Position numbers and translations under genes: made by a program
In this document: positions 38,402-52,354 of the stretch, one piece after another
Layout of the letters: each line of letters opens with the position of its first letter
Numbering within the stretch: position 1 is the first letter of the stretch
DNA from: Paragordius varius
Taxonomy: Eukaryota; Animalia; Nematomorpha
Length of the DNA stretch: 64,000 nt
Assembly: GCA_964247055.1 (NCBI GenBank)
Contig: OZ176059.1
Span: forward strand, 1,488,001 to 1,552,000
Direction: 5' to 3'
Notes under the pieces: generated by a model
Databases searched by the model: none
Told to the model about the DNA's origin: nothing
Seen by the model: the letters and a program-made list of their open reading frames with translations, nothing else

Positions 38402-39690
38402 CTAGCTGGCACTGTCACGCTTCGCTGTGAATCAGTCTCACCGAAAATTATTATTAATAATTTGCAATAAATAGAGGTAATGGAGATAAAAAACACATTT
38501 ATTAAAAAGAATGTCCTTAATCATTCTTTTACAGGTTTTTGCACAGGATCAAATATTGTTTACTCGAAATTGATATCAGAGTTAATATTAAACTATCATT
38601 GGATTTAATTTAAGGTTTTCGTTTTACGAAATCATGGTTAAAATTTTTTATTTTGTAATTGTGTTCACACAGCTTGGATCAAGGGACATAAAAAGAAAAT
38701 CATTTGTGGTCTAAAGGAAAGAATAATATTAGACGAATTCCCCAGAAATATGTTTAACTGAACTCGTATGGCTTTTTAAGTTTTTTGAAAATTCAAAACC
38801 ACGCCATTTTTGTATGGCGTCTCAGTTTTAAACCCAGTAGACCCCTACCCACAGACCTATATGGAAAAAGCGCTGAGTTAAATTCTTTGCCTTTTTAGGG
38901 CAAATATTTGGAATCATCTTTGATACCATCGTCTCATGTTAAATAATCCTTTTAAGATGGTATATGTTTAGGGCATAAAGGCCCCAAATTAACGGCCAAC
39001 AAAAAAACGCCTGCCTTTTTTACCTAGTTAAGGGTAATATTTTAAGCTTTTAATGAACTCATATAGATTCATAAATTTTCTGTAAATTATCTCCAAAACA
39101 ACGCAATTTGCATATAGTGGCGCAGTTTTTGGCGGGTTACCCAGCAAGTATAAAAAGTGTGGGCTTTTGCCTATATATGGGAAATATCTGGAAATATCAT
39201 GGATTCCATAAGTTTCTATTAGACTCATAAATTTTCTGAAATTTGGCTCCAAAGGCATGCTGTATTGATATGGTGAGGCGCACGGGTAGCCCCCTAGCTC
39301 GAATAAAATTTTTGCCTTAGTTCAGGTAATACCTGGAATCATAATTGATTCAAAATGCTCTAGTGGGACCGAAAAATTGCCTCAAAACCAAAAGGTCATT
39401 CTATGGTGGCGCATTTTTCAGGGCAAAGGCCTAATTAAGGGGTAATTTAATAAAACCGCTCTACTTAAATTTTTGCCTTTTTACGGGTAATATTTCAAGC
39501 CGTTATTAAACTCATCTGGCCTGATAGGTTTTCTAAAATTTGCCTCCAAAGTCACGCTGTATCGATATGGTGGCGCAGTTGTTGGCGGATAGACCCCTAC
39601 CCAGAGACCAATATAAAAAAGAGGTTTGATAAAAAAATTGCCATATAGGGGAATACCTGAAATCATCATTCATTCCTTAATATACAGTAT
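38402..39690 (-). mobile_element. Helitron-like element with an internal degenerate minisatellite
   Basis: On - it ends in the hairpin TCACAGCGAAGCGTGA then CAGTGCCAGCTAG|t. About four degenerate units of CTGTATCGATATGGTGGCGCAG...GCGGGTAGCCCC also occur in 52660-53100 and 53950-54790. No clear 5' TC end was found. Confidence 0.45.
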
Positions 39691-39943
39691 GCATTTTAAT
39701 GGTTGCTTATTTCCCATTATAGTAGGGCAATTGGCAACACAGTAGTGTATGGAAAAACAACAAAATGTTGAAACAATTAGGTCCTTTCTTTTTTCCATAC
39801 ACTACAGTATTTGCCCAACTATAGTGTGAAATAAGCAACGATTAAAAATCATACTGTAAATGGAAGAAAATTATATTTTTAGAAGTGTTTTAAGATCAAA
39901 TAAGCCTTTTAGCTTAAAAGTATTCAATTATAATATATATATA

Positions 39944-40640
39944 TACACTGTGTGCAAAAAAGAGGGTTATTTTTAACAAAAAATTTTTTTGTCAGATAGC
40001 TTATGACCAGTGAATTCATTTGCCGCAAAAATTTAAATTTTTTGACGACCTAGTTTTTGAAATCTGGAGAAAATCGAAATCGGAAAAGTGAAAATTAAGG
40101 ATAATTTAAAAATAATGATAAAAGTTGAGATATTATGGTTTATTATCATTTAAGAATATATTTTTAATATATAAATAGCTTAAAATCATAGAGTTAGGGT
40201 TTCAATAAAAGTTCATTTCAAATAGCATTTTTCTTTTAACACACTTAAAAGACAAAAAATTTTGATGAAACTATATTAAAATATTTTTTTATTATTTACT
40301 ACCTAAACTCACTATTAAAATCTTAACATTCATAATATTCGGTAAAAAAATTTATATATCAAAATAAAACCAATATTGTTTTTTGATTTTCATTTTTTTT
40401 GTCATCTGGTTGATGAGTGTATAAAAAATTTATACTGTTTTTTGGAATCTCACATGAGTGGGAGTTAGAGAGTAGCTAACATATGCAAAATAGGATTTTA
40501 AAGTAATAAAATATCACACAATAATCCGTATAAATCCCTGTAACAGGTTTGTTTTAACACAAATTAATATTTTTACCGGGATATGTACGGATATTTGGTT
40601 GCATTTCTACTACTTTTAAATCCTATTTTGCATAAATTGT
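39944..40640. mobile_element. One-armed copy of the TA|CACTG long-TIR element
   Basis: Matches the left arm and centre of 44440-45634. Confidence 0.6.
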
Positions 40641-43433
40641 ATACAAAATGGCATTTTTCAAAAATTTTATTAATAAAATTTTGGGATACTTAAATTAACT
40701 CATGAAACGGTATAAATACCCTATAACACCTTATTGGGATCGCTGTATTGAAATGTATAGCTGATATTAAACTTAATATCAAAAATTTGATGGAAAATTA
40801 GAAATTTATTTTTTTAACAGTAACTTTTCGTTTTTTGCCGCGATGACATATTGGGTTAGTTTAAATCCATCTTGTATATAGACTACTGTTTTGAAAGTTG
40901 ATTTTAGTTAAAATTTAATTGTCAAACATTGTTCTCCTATATTAGATAACAAAGCTTATTTTTACACTTTTGTAACTTCTAGAGTCTGAGATTGTGATAA
41001 CTTAGCACTTGGATACAACACATTAATTAAAGTCCTTCGATTCAAATTGGGGTAGTTGGATACCTCAGGCCTGTTTAAAATTAAATAATTTAAAAATTAT
41101 GGAATGAATAGAAACCATAAAATTTTGCACTTACTTAACATTAATAAACAGAAACATATAAAAAACTTTATTCAATAATATTTAATATTACTTATTTTAA
41201 GGTAAAACCCAAAGGAAAAAATTTAGTCAACATGACAAGTGTGCATGGCTAAATTAAATATGATACAAAATAAACCACTTTTTCTATTTATATCAATGTT
41301 AGATGTGATTTAAATAAAAATTGGCTTTATTTATATATTGAAAAATAAATGAACACTGACATGGAACTTTTTTAAAACGAAATTTTATTCAGATATTTTA
41401 GCTTATTTATATAATTTTCATAAGGATAGATGCATAAATTTAAATTAGGACCGTTTTTTTATTTTGGTCTCGGGTATTTAGATACCCCAATTTGAATCGA
41501 AGTGTTGAAAACATTGAAAAAAGCTGATTTTGCAATCAATAAATATCAAGTGTTTGCTGGTAAAATGTAATTTGAAGCTTGCTAAAGTAATTTATTTACC
41601 TCCGTAATAGCATTTAACTTGCCTGTAGTATTAACGATTTAACACATTTAATACAAATTAAGGTATCTAACCCCAGACAATATTTAAGTTTGTATTTCAA
41701 AAACTACTGAATGGTGCCAATTTTAAATTATGCTTTTATTTTAATAAAAATTATATAAATAAGCGTAACTAAATAAAATTTAGTTTTGAAAAGAAAGCCA
41801 TATCAAACTACTTCGGCGCCATTTTGATTTTACACATTTTTAAAAAATATCGTGCTTATTAAATTTTAAGGTTAAAATAAAGCTATATTTTTAATGACAT
41901 CTAATATTGATATAAACATAAAATATGGCTTATTCTGTAATATTTTTGAATTTAGCTAAGCACACATGTCAGGTTGACTAAATTACCTTTGGGTATTTCC
42001 TTAAAATAACTAAATTAAGTATTATTGAATATATATTTTTTTATTTAGGTACATTAATGTCACTAAGTGTATAATAATTTTACCATGGTTTAAAATCCTT
42101 CCATATTTTTTGGAGTATTTAATTTTAAACAGGTCTGGGGTATCCAATTACCTAAATTTGAATCGAAGGACTGAAATGAATGTGTTTTATTCAAATGTTA
42201 AAATAATTGATAGAAAAAAATGGCGGCGAAAAAGGTATGAGAATTTTTTACATAATTTTCCATTTTATAAAGCTAACCAATAAAAAATAAAGAAAGCATA
42301 TTTTTAAATTCGGCTTTTAATACTTTAAATTTAAGATAAGCGAATTTCAAATCTGTCTGGGATATAAACTAATCCCAAATGGTCACGAAGTGTTAACCAT
42401 AATAAAAATAAGTAAATTAGCATATTTCGAATTAATACCAATGCTAATTTCATTATTATATAATTTTCAACAGGCCCTGGGGTATAAAACTAGAACATGA
42501 AATGTTAGGTAACGCAAAAATGCTGATATTTTATGATAAGCATATTCAACCTATACTATATACAGTAAAGATTAAAATTATGCGGACAAACCGTAAATAA
42601 AGACAAATATTTTTTTCTAAACGACAACCATACTTTTCAAACCATGTAAGCTACTTTGTTACAATTGTAAAATAGAGAATTGATTGTGTTAGTATTATTT
42701 CTCTATTTTAAATTCAGCCATTTTTAACAATATATTGATATTAATCTAGATTTAAAATGGTTGTCTTGTAGAAAAAAATATTGGCTTTATGTTTTTACGT
42801 TTTGTCTTTATAATTAAAATTTTTACTGTATATTTAAAAAATTTTCTTATTTTTTGCGCACATTTTAGATGGGTATTATTGCTGGCCAATTTGTATCACA
42901 GTAGCATGTGTTATTAAAATTTTTGTACATAATTAATTTAAACAAAGTATTGAAAGATAAGCAAAAATTGTTTAATTTAATTTCAACATTTTATGCTTTT
43001 TTCTATACACTACTGTGTTGCCAATCGACAAATATGCTATGATCAGCCAGCATTAAAATGTGCCTACCGTATTTATAATTATTTTATATTCGATGTATTA
43101 TTTATTGAATATCCTTTTTAAAATTTTGTCGCCATATATATATATATATGGTTTAAAATGTAAAATTATAAGGACGAAACGTAAAAATATAGATTCAAAT
43201 ATTTTTTCTAAAGGACAACCCATACTTTCACTATAATTTTGTAGATAGATTATTAATTACAGTGAAAATATAAATTTATTGTATTACCCAATATACATCT
43301 CTATGTCATACTATGCAATTTATAACAACGAGTTATAATTTAAATAAAGTTTAAAAAATACACTGGCCTTTTGAGCAAAAATTTTTGTATTTTTACGTTT
43401 TGTCTGTATATTTTTTTAATTTTTACTTATATA

Positions 43434-44439
43434 TAGGGTGGGGTGGTAAAAAAGTCGCACTTGACTGGTAACTCAAGCGTGGCAAGTTGAGCAAGTTTAC
43501 TTAAGCCAGCAAGTTACACTTAAAGATCGGTGATAAAAAAACACTTAAGTCAAGTCTTTTGTTTATGAATGCAACATTTTTTTGCCACCCAATTAGAATT
43601 TTAGAGAAATTTTTTTAATCATTTTTAGACAAAATTCATGAAATAAGGCACTTAACGATAAAATTAATACAATATGCATTTATTGACGTTTCAAACTCAC
43701 TGGCACGCATCTTTAATATTATGAATTTTTAAATATTGAGCCTGGTAATAATTTTTAGAATGATGAAACCATTCGCCCTTAAAACACTTTCCATTTCTTT
43801 ATCGCACTACGATTTGTTTGGAGTCTATTTGCAAATATGGGAAAATGTTTATACAATATAACATAATTATTTTTAATTAATTATAAACATTACATTTGAA
43901 ATAAATTATGATGAAATAAATTCTTTACATTGGTTAATAGTGAAGTAACCTTTTAATTTTATTAAACGAAGATTTGAAATTTTACAAGATTAATAGTTAA
44001 TTATTAATTTTAAGAAATTTTCGAGAGTCCATTTTTTTGCGGTCACGGAATTGATCATATTTTTATATGCCATGTTATTAAATATTAGCAGAGTTTTTCT
44101 ACAAATTTATCCTCTTTTGTCCCATGAATAGATTAATTAGCCAAAATTTATCAAATTAACAATTGATAGCTTAACAAAGGTTTGAATTACATATAAAACT
44201 AAATTTTATACATAAATAGTTTCCTAAATAATTTTATCCATATTTTTAAATCCGTCAAGTGTGCCCTACACATTTGCAAAATTTTACTTGATCATATGAT
44301 TTTTTATCACCTCCGAATTAAGTTTTCTTGCTTGATTTAAGTCGTTTAGTGTTAAATTTTTTATCACATGAAAGCAAGCCATGACTTGAAAAACTTGCAA
44401 GTCAAGTCAAAAAAAATTTTTTATCACCCGACCGATGTA
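43434..44439. mobile_element. ~1-kb putative non-autonomous DNA transposon
   Basis: Imperfect inverted ends (GGTGGTAAAAAAG..ACTTGAC / GTCAAGT..TTTTTATCACC), TA-flanked, present only in unit B. Confidence 0.35.
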
Positions 44440-45629
44440 TACACTGTGTGCAAAAAAGTGGGTCATTTTGATTTAACGAAATTTTTTTCATGAGATAGCT
44501 TAAGACCAATTCATTTGCCGCAAAAATTTATATTTGTTGACAAACTATTTTTAAATTATTGAGAGAAAATTGAAATCGGGCAAAAAGTGAAAATTAAGGA
44601 TAATTTACAAAATAATGATAAAATTTAAAATATTATAGTTTATTATCATTTTAGGATATATTTTCAATATATAAATAGCCTAAAATTTTATAGTTGGGGT
44701 TTATGAAATTCAGCTCAAAAGTGTTTTTCTTTTAATACACTCACAAGACAATTTTATAAAACTTTTTTAATTATTTACTAGCTAAAATCACTATTAAAAT
44801 CTTAACATCCATATTTTATTCATTAATAAATATATCAAAATAAAACCAAAAAATATTGTTTATTATTTTTACATTTTTTGTCATCTGGTTTGTGAGTGTA
44901 AAATTATACTGTTTTATTTTGGAATCTAACATGAGTGCGAATTATAAAGTTTATAATTTATGCAAAATAGGATTCAAAATCAGTGGAATAACCAACAATC
45001 CGTACAAATCACAATACAAATATTAATTTGTCATAAAACATACAGGGATTTTTAAGGATTGTTGGTTGATATTTGAATACATTTAAATCTATTTTGCATA
45101 AATTATATACGTTCATGTAAGAATCCAAAATAAAACAGTAAAAATTTTTTATACACTTATAAACCAGAAGACAAAAAAATCCAAATATAAAACCAATATT
45201 TTGGTTTTATTTTGATATATAAGTATTTTTTTACTGAATAAAATATGAATGTTAAGATTAATAGTGAGTTTAGGTATAAATAATTAAAAAAAAATTATTT
45301 TAATATAGATTCTTTATTTTTTTTGTCTTTTAAGTGTGATATAAGACAAACGCCATCCTTTGAGCTGAAATTTTATTGAAACCGTAACTATATGATTTTA
45401 AGCTATTTATATATTGAAAATATCTACCTAAAATGATAAAAACCATAATATTTAAAATTTTATCATTATTTTATGAATTATCCTAAATTTTCACTTTTTG
45501 CCCAATTTCGATTTTCTCTCAATATTTCAAAAACTAGGTTGCCAACAAACATAAATTATTACTGCAAATGAATACGCTGATAAGCTATCTCAGCAAAAAA
45601 TAATTTTTAGCTAAAAATTTTTTTGCACA

Positions 45630-45634
<5 letters not shown>
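44440..45634. mobile_element. 1.2-kb TA|CACTG long-TIR (Tc1/mariner-like) foldback element
   Basis: TACACTGTGTGCAAAAAA ... TTTTTTGCACAATGTA, with arms inverted over ~500 bp; present only in unit B. Confidence 0.75.
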
Positions 45635-45673
<39 letters not shown>

Positions 45674-45958
45674 TATATACCATTTACAATTCTTCACCCT
45701 TGAACAATTCAATCCCTTAAATAAAATATATGTGTTTGATCAAAAAATACTGAAAAAATAATTAATTATGCCATAAAGATATATTTATATTTCATATTAA
45801 TATGAGTTAAGTTTGTTCAAAACCATATAATGTATGAGTTATGTTAGTTCGAAAACACATATATGTTAGTTCGAAAACACATTATTTATTTTAGGGTATA
45901 ATGAATTGTTCGAGGGTGAATTTGAATTGTTCAAGGGTGGATTCAAACTGTAAATGGC

Positions 45959-45993
<35 letters not shown>

Positions 45994-46063
45994 ATGTGTT
46001 TGATGTAATTATTTATTGAATAACCTTTTCAAAATTTTCTCGCCATATATATATATATATATA

Positions 46064-46233
46064 TTAATAAATTCGGGCGGGATTACAATTGACTCGTTTG
46101 TCTTTAATGTAAAAATCGAAGCTACATCGACCACAAAAATTGGGTATACAAGTAGCGAATGGATATCTCCTACACTTTTTTCTATGGCACGGATCTTTGG
46201 CACAGTCAACTAAAGGTTCAGAACAATTTTGAC

Positions 46234-46277
<44 letters not shown>

Positions 46278-48490
46278 TATTATACAGTAAAAAATGAAAT
46301 TATACGGATAAAACGTAAAAATATAGACAAATATTTTTTTGTAAAAGTATTAGTCTAAATTTTTAAAACCTTGATGTTTCCCATATAAGCTACTTGGTTT
46401 CAATCGGAAAATACTTAATTCATAGTGTAACCATTATATATATTTCTATTCTATACTTTGGAAAAACAATGAATTTTATTCAAAAAAAATCAAGGAAAAA
46501 GAATGGGGTTGTCTACATGTCCTTATATTTTTAAATTTTGTCCGCATAATTTCACTTTTCACAGTAATTCCTAATATATTATCATCTTGAAATTACAATA
46601 TAGAAGACAAAATGTAAAATTATTGAAAAGAAAAATATTTTTTTGAAACGGATAACCATACTTTTGCAAATAATACTTATTGTTCAGGGTTGCAAATAAG
46701 GAATAGAAATATGTATAATGGTAACACACACTTAAGTATATTACAGTATGAGTGAGTATATATTGCTAAAAAGTTAATTAATTATTACCATGAAATAGCA
46801 TATGAAGCAGCAAAGATAATTATTATTGTTGCTAATAATAATAACAGTAAAAAGTGAAAAAAATATATAAGCCAATAATACTGACTGCCCTTTGCTGTAT
46901 ATGACTAAATAACTTTCTAGCAATGTATACTTACTCATACTGTATATAAAATTACAAATAATTTATTTAGGTTTGTTTAAAATATGTTTACAGTAAAAAT
47001 CGAAATTATACGGGAGGACAAAACAAAAAAATATAAACACAAATATTTTTATTTTCAAAAGACAACCATACTTTTTTAAATCTTAATTTTTTATTTTATA
47101 ATTTATTGCTTAAAGTAGAAAAACAATCAATTTTTTATTTTACAATTGTACTAATATAATTTTTAGAAAAAAATTAAGGATTAAAAAAGTGTGTTATTTT
47201 TGATAAAAAATATTTGTCTTTATATTTTTACGTTTTGTCCATAGTATGAACATTTTACTGTATGAGTATGTGTAAGTATATATATATATATATATATATA
47301 TTGCTAGAAAGTTACAATATATACTTACTCATTCTATATTTCAAAACTTTACATTGACTATGTTAATATGGTTTCTTATATTTGTTATTTAGTTTTAACT
47401 ATTTTAATGAAATACCGACTGAAACGTAAAAAATATAAAGACAAATGTTTTTATTTTCAAAGGACAATCAACCATACTTTTCATAAACCTTAATTTTTCT
47501 TCCATAATTTATAAAATTATGATGGTAAAATATTAAATTTAATTTGTAATATTAAATAAAGTATATTCAAAAATAAAAAAAATGTCTTTATATTTACGTT
47601 TTGTCCGTATAATTTCAATTTTAACTATTTTCCTTATATAACCATAACGATCAGCTTTTATCTATATATTAATAAAAGAAAATGCTGGCTTTGTGATCTG
47701 GTACAGGAAAACGGGTAGACCCAATCAAATCCAAACATCGAAAAAATATAATTATTAATGAATGCCCCGACAATAGCTTCGCCCTTTTTTTGAATTAGGC
47801 CCCCAGTTCGGGCCCACCCCGTGTGAAAAATGGGTTTTTTTGAAAACAGAAGTCCACAAAAATCGTGTCTTTGAGACAATTTTCCGGAGAACGTGTTGGA
47901 CCATTCAATTTCAAATATGATTTATATTTAGTTATTTTCGATTTCGCCGAACATAGTCGTCTCGCTTTTTTGATTTAGGCCCTCTTTTTACCCGCTACCC
48001 CCCGTAAAATGCCATTTTTTCAAAAAAAATAAATATAATTTTTTTCTATTTTTCCCCCAGGTAAACAATATATTGGTATGAATGCACCGTTTTAAAATTC
48101 CCCTATATTCATATTTATATAATGCTTCGAAATAATCCTTATTACAAATAGCTCCCCCCACCCAGAAGTCCGAAGGACTTCCTCGTGCTGCTACGCAGCA
48201 CGAGATTTACGCTAGTATACAATAAAAATTGAAATTATACGGACAAAACGTAAAATTATAAAGACAATTTTTTTTAAAAAAAACTATACTTTTTCAATAT
48301 TTTTTATTATATGAATTATTGTTTAAATTTGCAAAGTATGAAATCGATATTTACATTGTTGACACTCAATTATATATTTTACAATTTTTAACAATTTTAT
48401 TTATATGAAAAAATATAGATTAAAAAGTATGGGTTTAGGTAAAAAATTTGTCTTTATATTTTTTCGTGTCAGTAGTATATCAATTTTTAC

Positions 48491-48531
<41 letters not shown>

Positions 48532-48844
48532 TATTTATTTAAATTTACCCTTGAATTCAAACCCCCTTAAACCATTCAAATTCACCCTAAAAAATTATAA
48601 TTTCGGGCTAATGTAACTCTCATCATTAAGAATATCTTTATGGCATAGTTTATTATTTTTTAAGCATTACTTTAATTTTAAACAAAATTTATTTTAAAAA
48701 TATTAAAAATAAAGGTTTTTTATTTTAAACACATATTTTAGGGTGATTTAAATTGTTCAGGGGTGAATTTGATCAGTTTAAGGGTAAAATTGAACTGTTG
48801 GAGGGTGAATTGGAATTGTTCAAGGGTAAATTTGAATTGTAAAT

Positions 48845-48890
<46 letters not shown>

Positions 48891-51645
48891 ATACCATCAC
48901 AATCAACTTTAGTGCCTTTGATATAATAAGTGGCAGCACAAGTCCCACAAAATGTGAAAATGCATTCAGCGTTTGGATATCGCGGGCATTTTATTTCTTC
49001 ATCACATAAATCTCCTGCACATGGGGCAGGGAACTGATCTTTGGGACATTCTAAAATGAATGTTAAAAGACAAAACATAAAGAAAAAACTCAAATTATAC
49101 GGTGACAAAACGGTGGTAAAATTAAAACGATAAAAAAATATTTGTTTGCATAGACAGGCCCATGCTTTTCGTAATCTTGATGTATATAGTATGAGTAAGT
49201 ACAGTAAAAACTGAAATTATACTATGGACAAAACGTAAAAATATAAAGACAAATATTTTTTTTAAAAGACAACCCCATACATTTTAAAACATAATTTTTG
49301 TTATATAAAATAATAACAATCGTAAAGTACATAATTGTTTGTGCTACCAATTTATATTTCTATTTTATATATTGCAGTTTAAAACAATCAATCAGTTAAA
49401 TTGAAAAATACGGTTTAAAACATATGGTTGGCTGTCTTTAAGGAAAAAAATATGGTTGTCTTTATATTTTTACGTTTTGTCCATAGTATAATTTCAGTTT
49501 TTACTATGGATTGGATGGTTGTCAGACCTGATAAGCAATTAAACAGTTTGCCCTCAACATAAAAGTCAGCTCGACAGGACCCACAAAAATTTGGAATGCA
49601 AGTTGCATTAGGAAAATGCGGGCAAATCGCAAACGTACACGGATCCAAAGGGCAGTTAACCCTGGGTTGATTAGCTGGACATGATATAATTCTATCATTG
49701 TTGTCATCAGCTAAAATTTTGAACATCAGTTATAGCGATATTTTACAGTTAAAGTTTCAATGTTTTTTTAATCTATATATTATATAAAAAGTTGAAATTC
49801 ACTCTTAAACAATTCAAATTCACTCTTGAACAATTCAAATTCACCCTCGAACAATTCAAATTCACCCTAAAATTAAATTATGTGTTTTCGAACTATTATA
49901 ACTCATTAATTATATGAAATATATCTTTATACCATAATTTATTGTTTTTTCAGTATTATTTTGATTTAATACAAAATTTTTATTTTTTAAAATATATTAA
50001 AATATAGGTAATTTTTTATTTTAAAAAACAATATTTTTTTTTGAGGGTGAATTTGAATTGTAAATGGTATATATCAAAAGTTGAAATAATTGAATGATGT
50101 GGAAATCGTCGTAACGTGAAAATAATATATAATTTATTGGCTGTCAAATTTTCGCGCCATAGGCATTATCCGGAGATTAGTTAAGAATATGGTTTTTTTA
50201 GCAAAAAGTTACAAGTAAAAATAAAAATACTTATGATTTCGGTGTTTCAAAAAAAATTTAAAGTAAAAAATGAGAAATTATACGGATGTAAAAATATAAA
50301 AACAAATATTTTTTACCTAAAAGTTATCAATTAATATATAATATATATTTTAAAACTTGATTTTCCCCATATAAACTGATCAAATATTGTTTTGATATAA
50401 TTAAAGTCAACATTGAAATTATACGGACAAATGGTAAAAATATAAAGACAGATGTTTTTTTCTTAAAGATAGCCGTACTTTTCAATCTTGATTTTTTTTA
50501 ATATAACTTCATTGTTTTAAACAACAATGTATAAATAGAGATGTATATTGGTAAACAATCAATTACATATTTTACGATTGTTATTAAATGATTATAATAG
50601 AATAAATTAAGGTTTAAAAAGTTTGGTTATGTTTTGGATAAAAATATTTTTTGTCTTTATATTTTTACATTTTGTCCTTATATTTAAATTTTTACTGTAA
50701 AAGATGCAATAAAAATTGGAATCATACGGACAAAATGTAAAAATATAAAGACAAAAAATATTTTTTAAAAGACTTAAACCTTAACTTATCCTTTTAATAT
50801 CAAATATAATTACAATCGGATCGAGTACCAATTTACATTTCAATTTTGTATTTTTTAATACAATCAATATATTTAAAAATTCACATATAAAAAGTATGGA
50901 GTTGTCTTTATGCAAAAAATATTGTTTTCCTTATATTATTACGTTTTGTCCGAGTATATTTTAATTTTTTACTGCAAAATAATTGTTTAAGAATTTATAT
51001 ACGGTAAATATTTGAAATTTTACAGTAGTGTGTTAAAACGTAAAAACCCAATTAAAATATTTTTTTATATCAAAAAGACAACCATACAAACCTTAATTTT
51101 TCCCATATAAATATACAGTAGTAAGTAAATATACATTTCTAGAAAGTTATTGCCAAATAGTATATACAACAAAGAGGGCAGTATTATTGGTTTATAGTTA
51201 TTTCACCTTTTTTTATTATATTAGCCAATAATGATTCGCTTTGCTGCTGAATATACTATTTGGCATGGCAATAATTATGAACTTTCCAGCAATGTTATAT
51301 TTACTAATAATGAAATTTAATCATAATTATGAAATATATATTATTGACTGTGTTACCATTTACTAATATACATCACACCATTTTATAAATTGCACAGTTT
51401 AAAACAAAGAAGTTTATATCAAGAATTCAAGTTAAAAAAGTATAGCGATTTTTACAAAAAAATATTTGTATTTATGTCATACTATTGACTGTAAATTTTT
51501 TTCAAAAAAAACCCGGTAAAATGCGTTTAAATTTAATTTTTGCATAGAAAATTTAATTACCCGCTGTTTCATAACTGTGGTATGATGATAAAATTAGAGA
51601 GCATGTCCAAATTTTAAAGGCTAGGAATTTGTATATATGTCCCAT
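46064..51645 (-). CDS. Predicted secreted three-module 8-Cys protein, 197 aa (copy B)
   Basis: Exons 51645-51561, 49710-49528, 49050-48895 and 46233-46064; the same phase-1 splice sites, 594 nt open, and all 24 module cysteines kept. Confidence 0.82.
47661..48215 (+). mobile_element. Non-autonomous Helitron
   Basis: a|TCTATATATTAATAAAAG start; 10-bp hairpin CTCGTGCTGC-TAC-GCAGCACGAG, then ATTTACGCTAG|t. Confidence 0.85.
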
Positions 51646-52354
51646 AGAAACAAAGTGTGTGGATAAAAATTAAATAATTTATAAGGAAAAAAAGTATTTT
51701 TTATCGTCGAAATTATTAGTCAAATGTCTCGTGTGAGTAAAGGACAACATTTTTGTTATCTAACAAAATTAAAATTAGAAAATTTTGAATGAAGTCCGTA
51801 AAAATAAGCCAATTTTAGGTCCGGTCATCATTTAGGTCATAAGCGTGAAAACTTTTTTTTTCGTTATGATGAGTTATGGTAGTTTTTTCTAATATATATT
51901 AGATTTTAACACTTATCTAAAAATCTATTAAATATATATATATATATATAGGATATCCTATTGAATAAAATTGTAAGGATTTTGGCCTTAATCCATAAAA
52001 CTAACATATGTAGATAAATATACAGTAAAAATTGATTTTATACTATGTAAAAAAAGTAAAAAAGAGAAATATTTTTTTTGAAGAGACAACCAACCATGCT
52101 TTTTAAATTTTTAAATTTTTATATAAATTACTTAATTACTATCGTAAATTACATAAATGATTGTGTTACAAATTTACATATCTATTTTCTATTTGCAATT
52201 AAAAACAATGAGTTATATTTAAAAAAAAAACAAATTTAAAAAGGTACAGCGGTCTTTGGAAAAAAATATTTGTCTTTACATTTTTACTTTCGTTTCGATT
52301 GAGTGGGAAAATGTTTTTATTGACTGGGAAAACGTTTTGATTGACTGGGAAATG

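Larger units (their letters stand above)
42561..52285. mobile_element. Cluster of ~250-bp TA|CAGT-ended MITEs, unit B
   Basis: Same arm sequence as in unit A at ~42561-42830, ~46283, ~46990-47260, ~48220-48495, ~49200-49505, ~50410-50700, ~50705-50975 and ~52020-52285. Confidence 0.78.
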
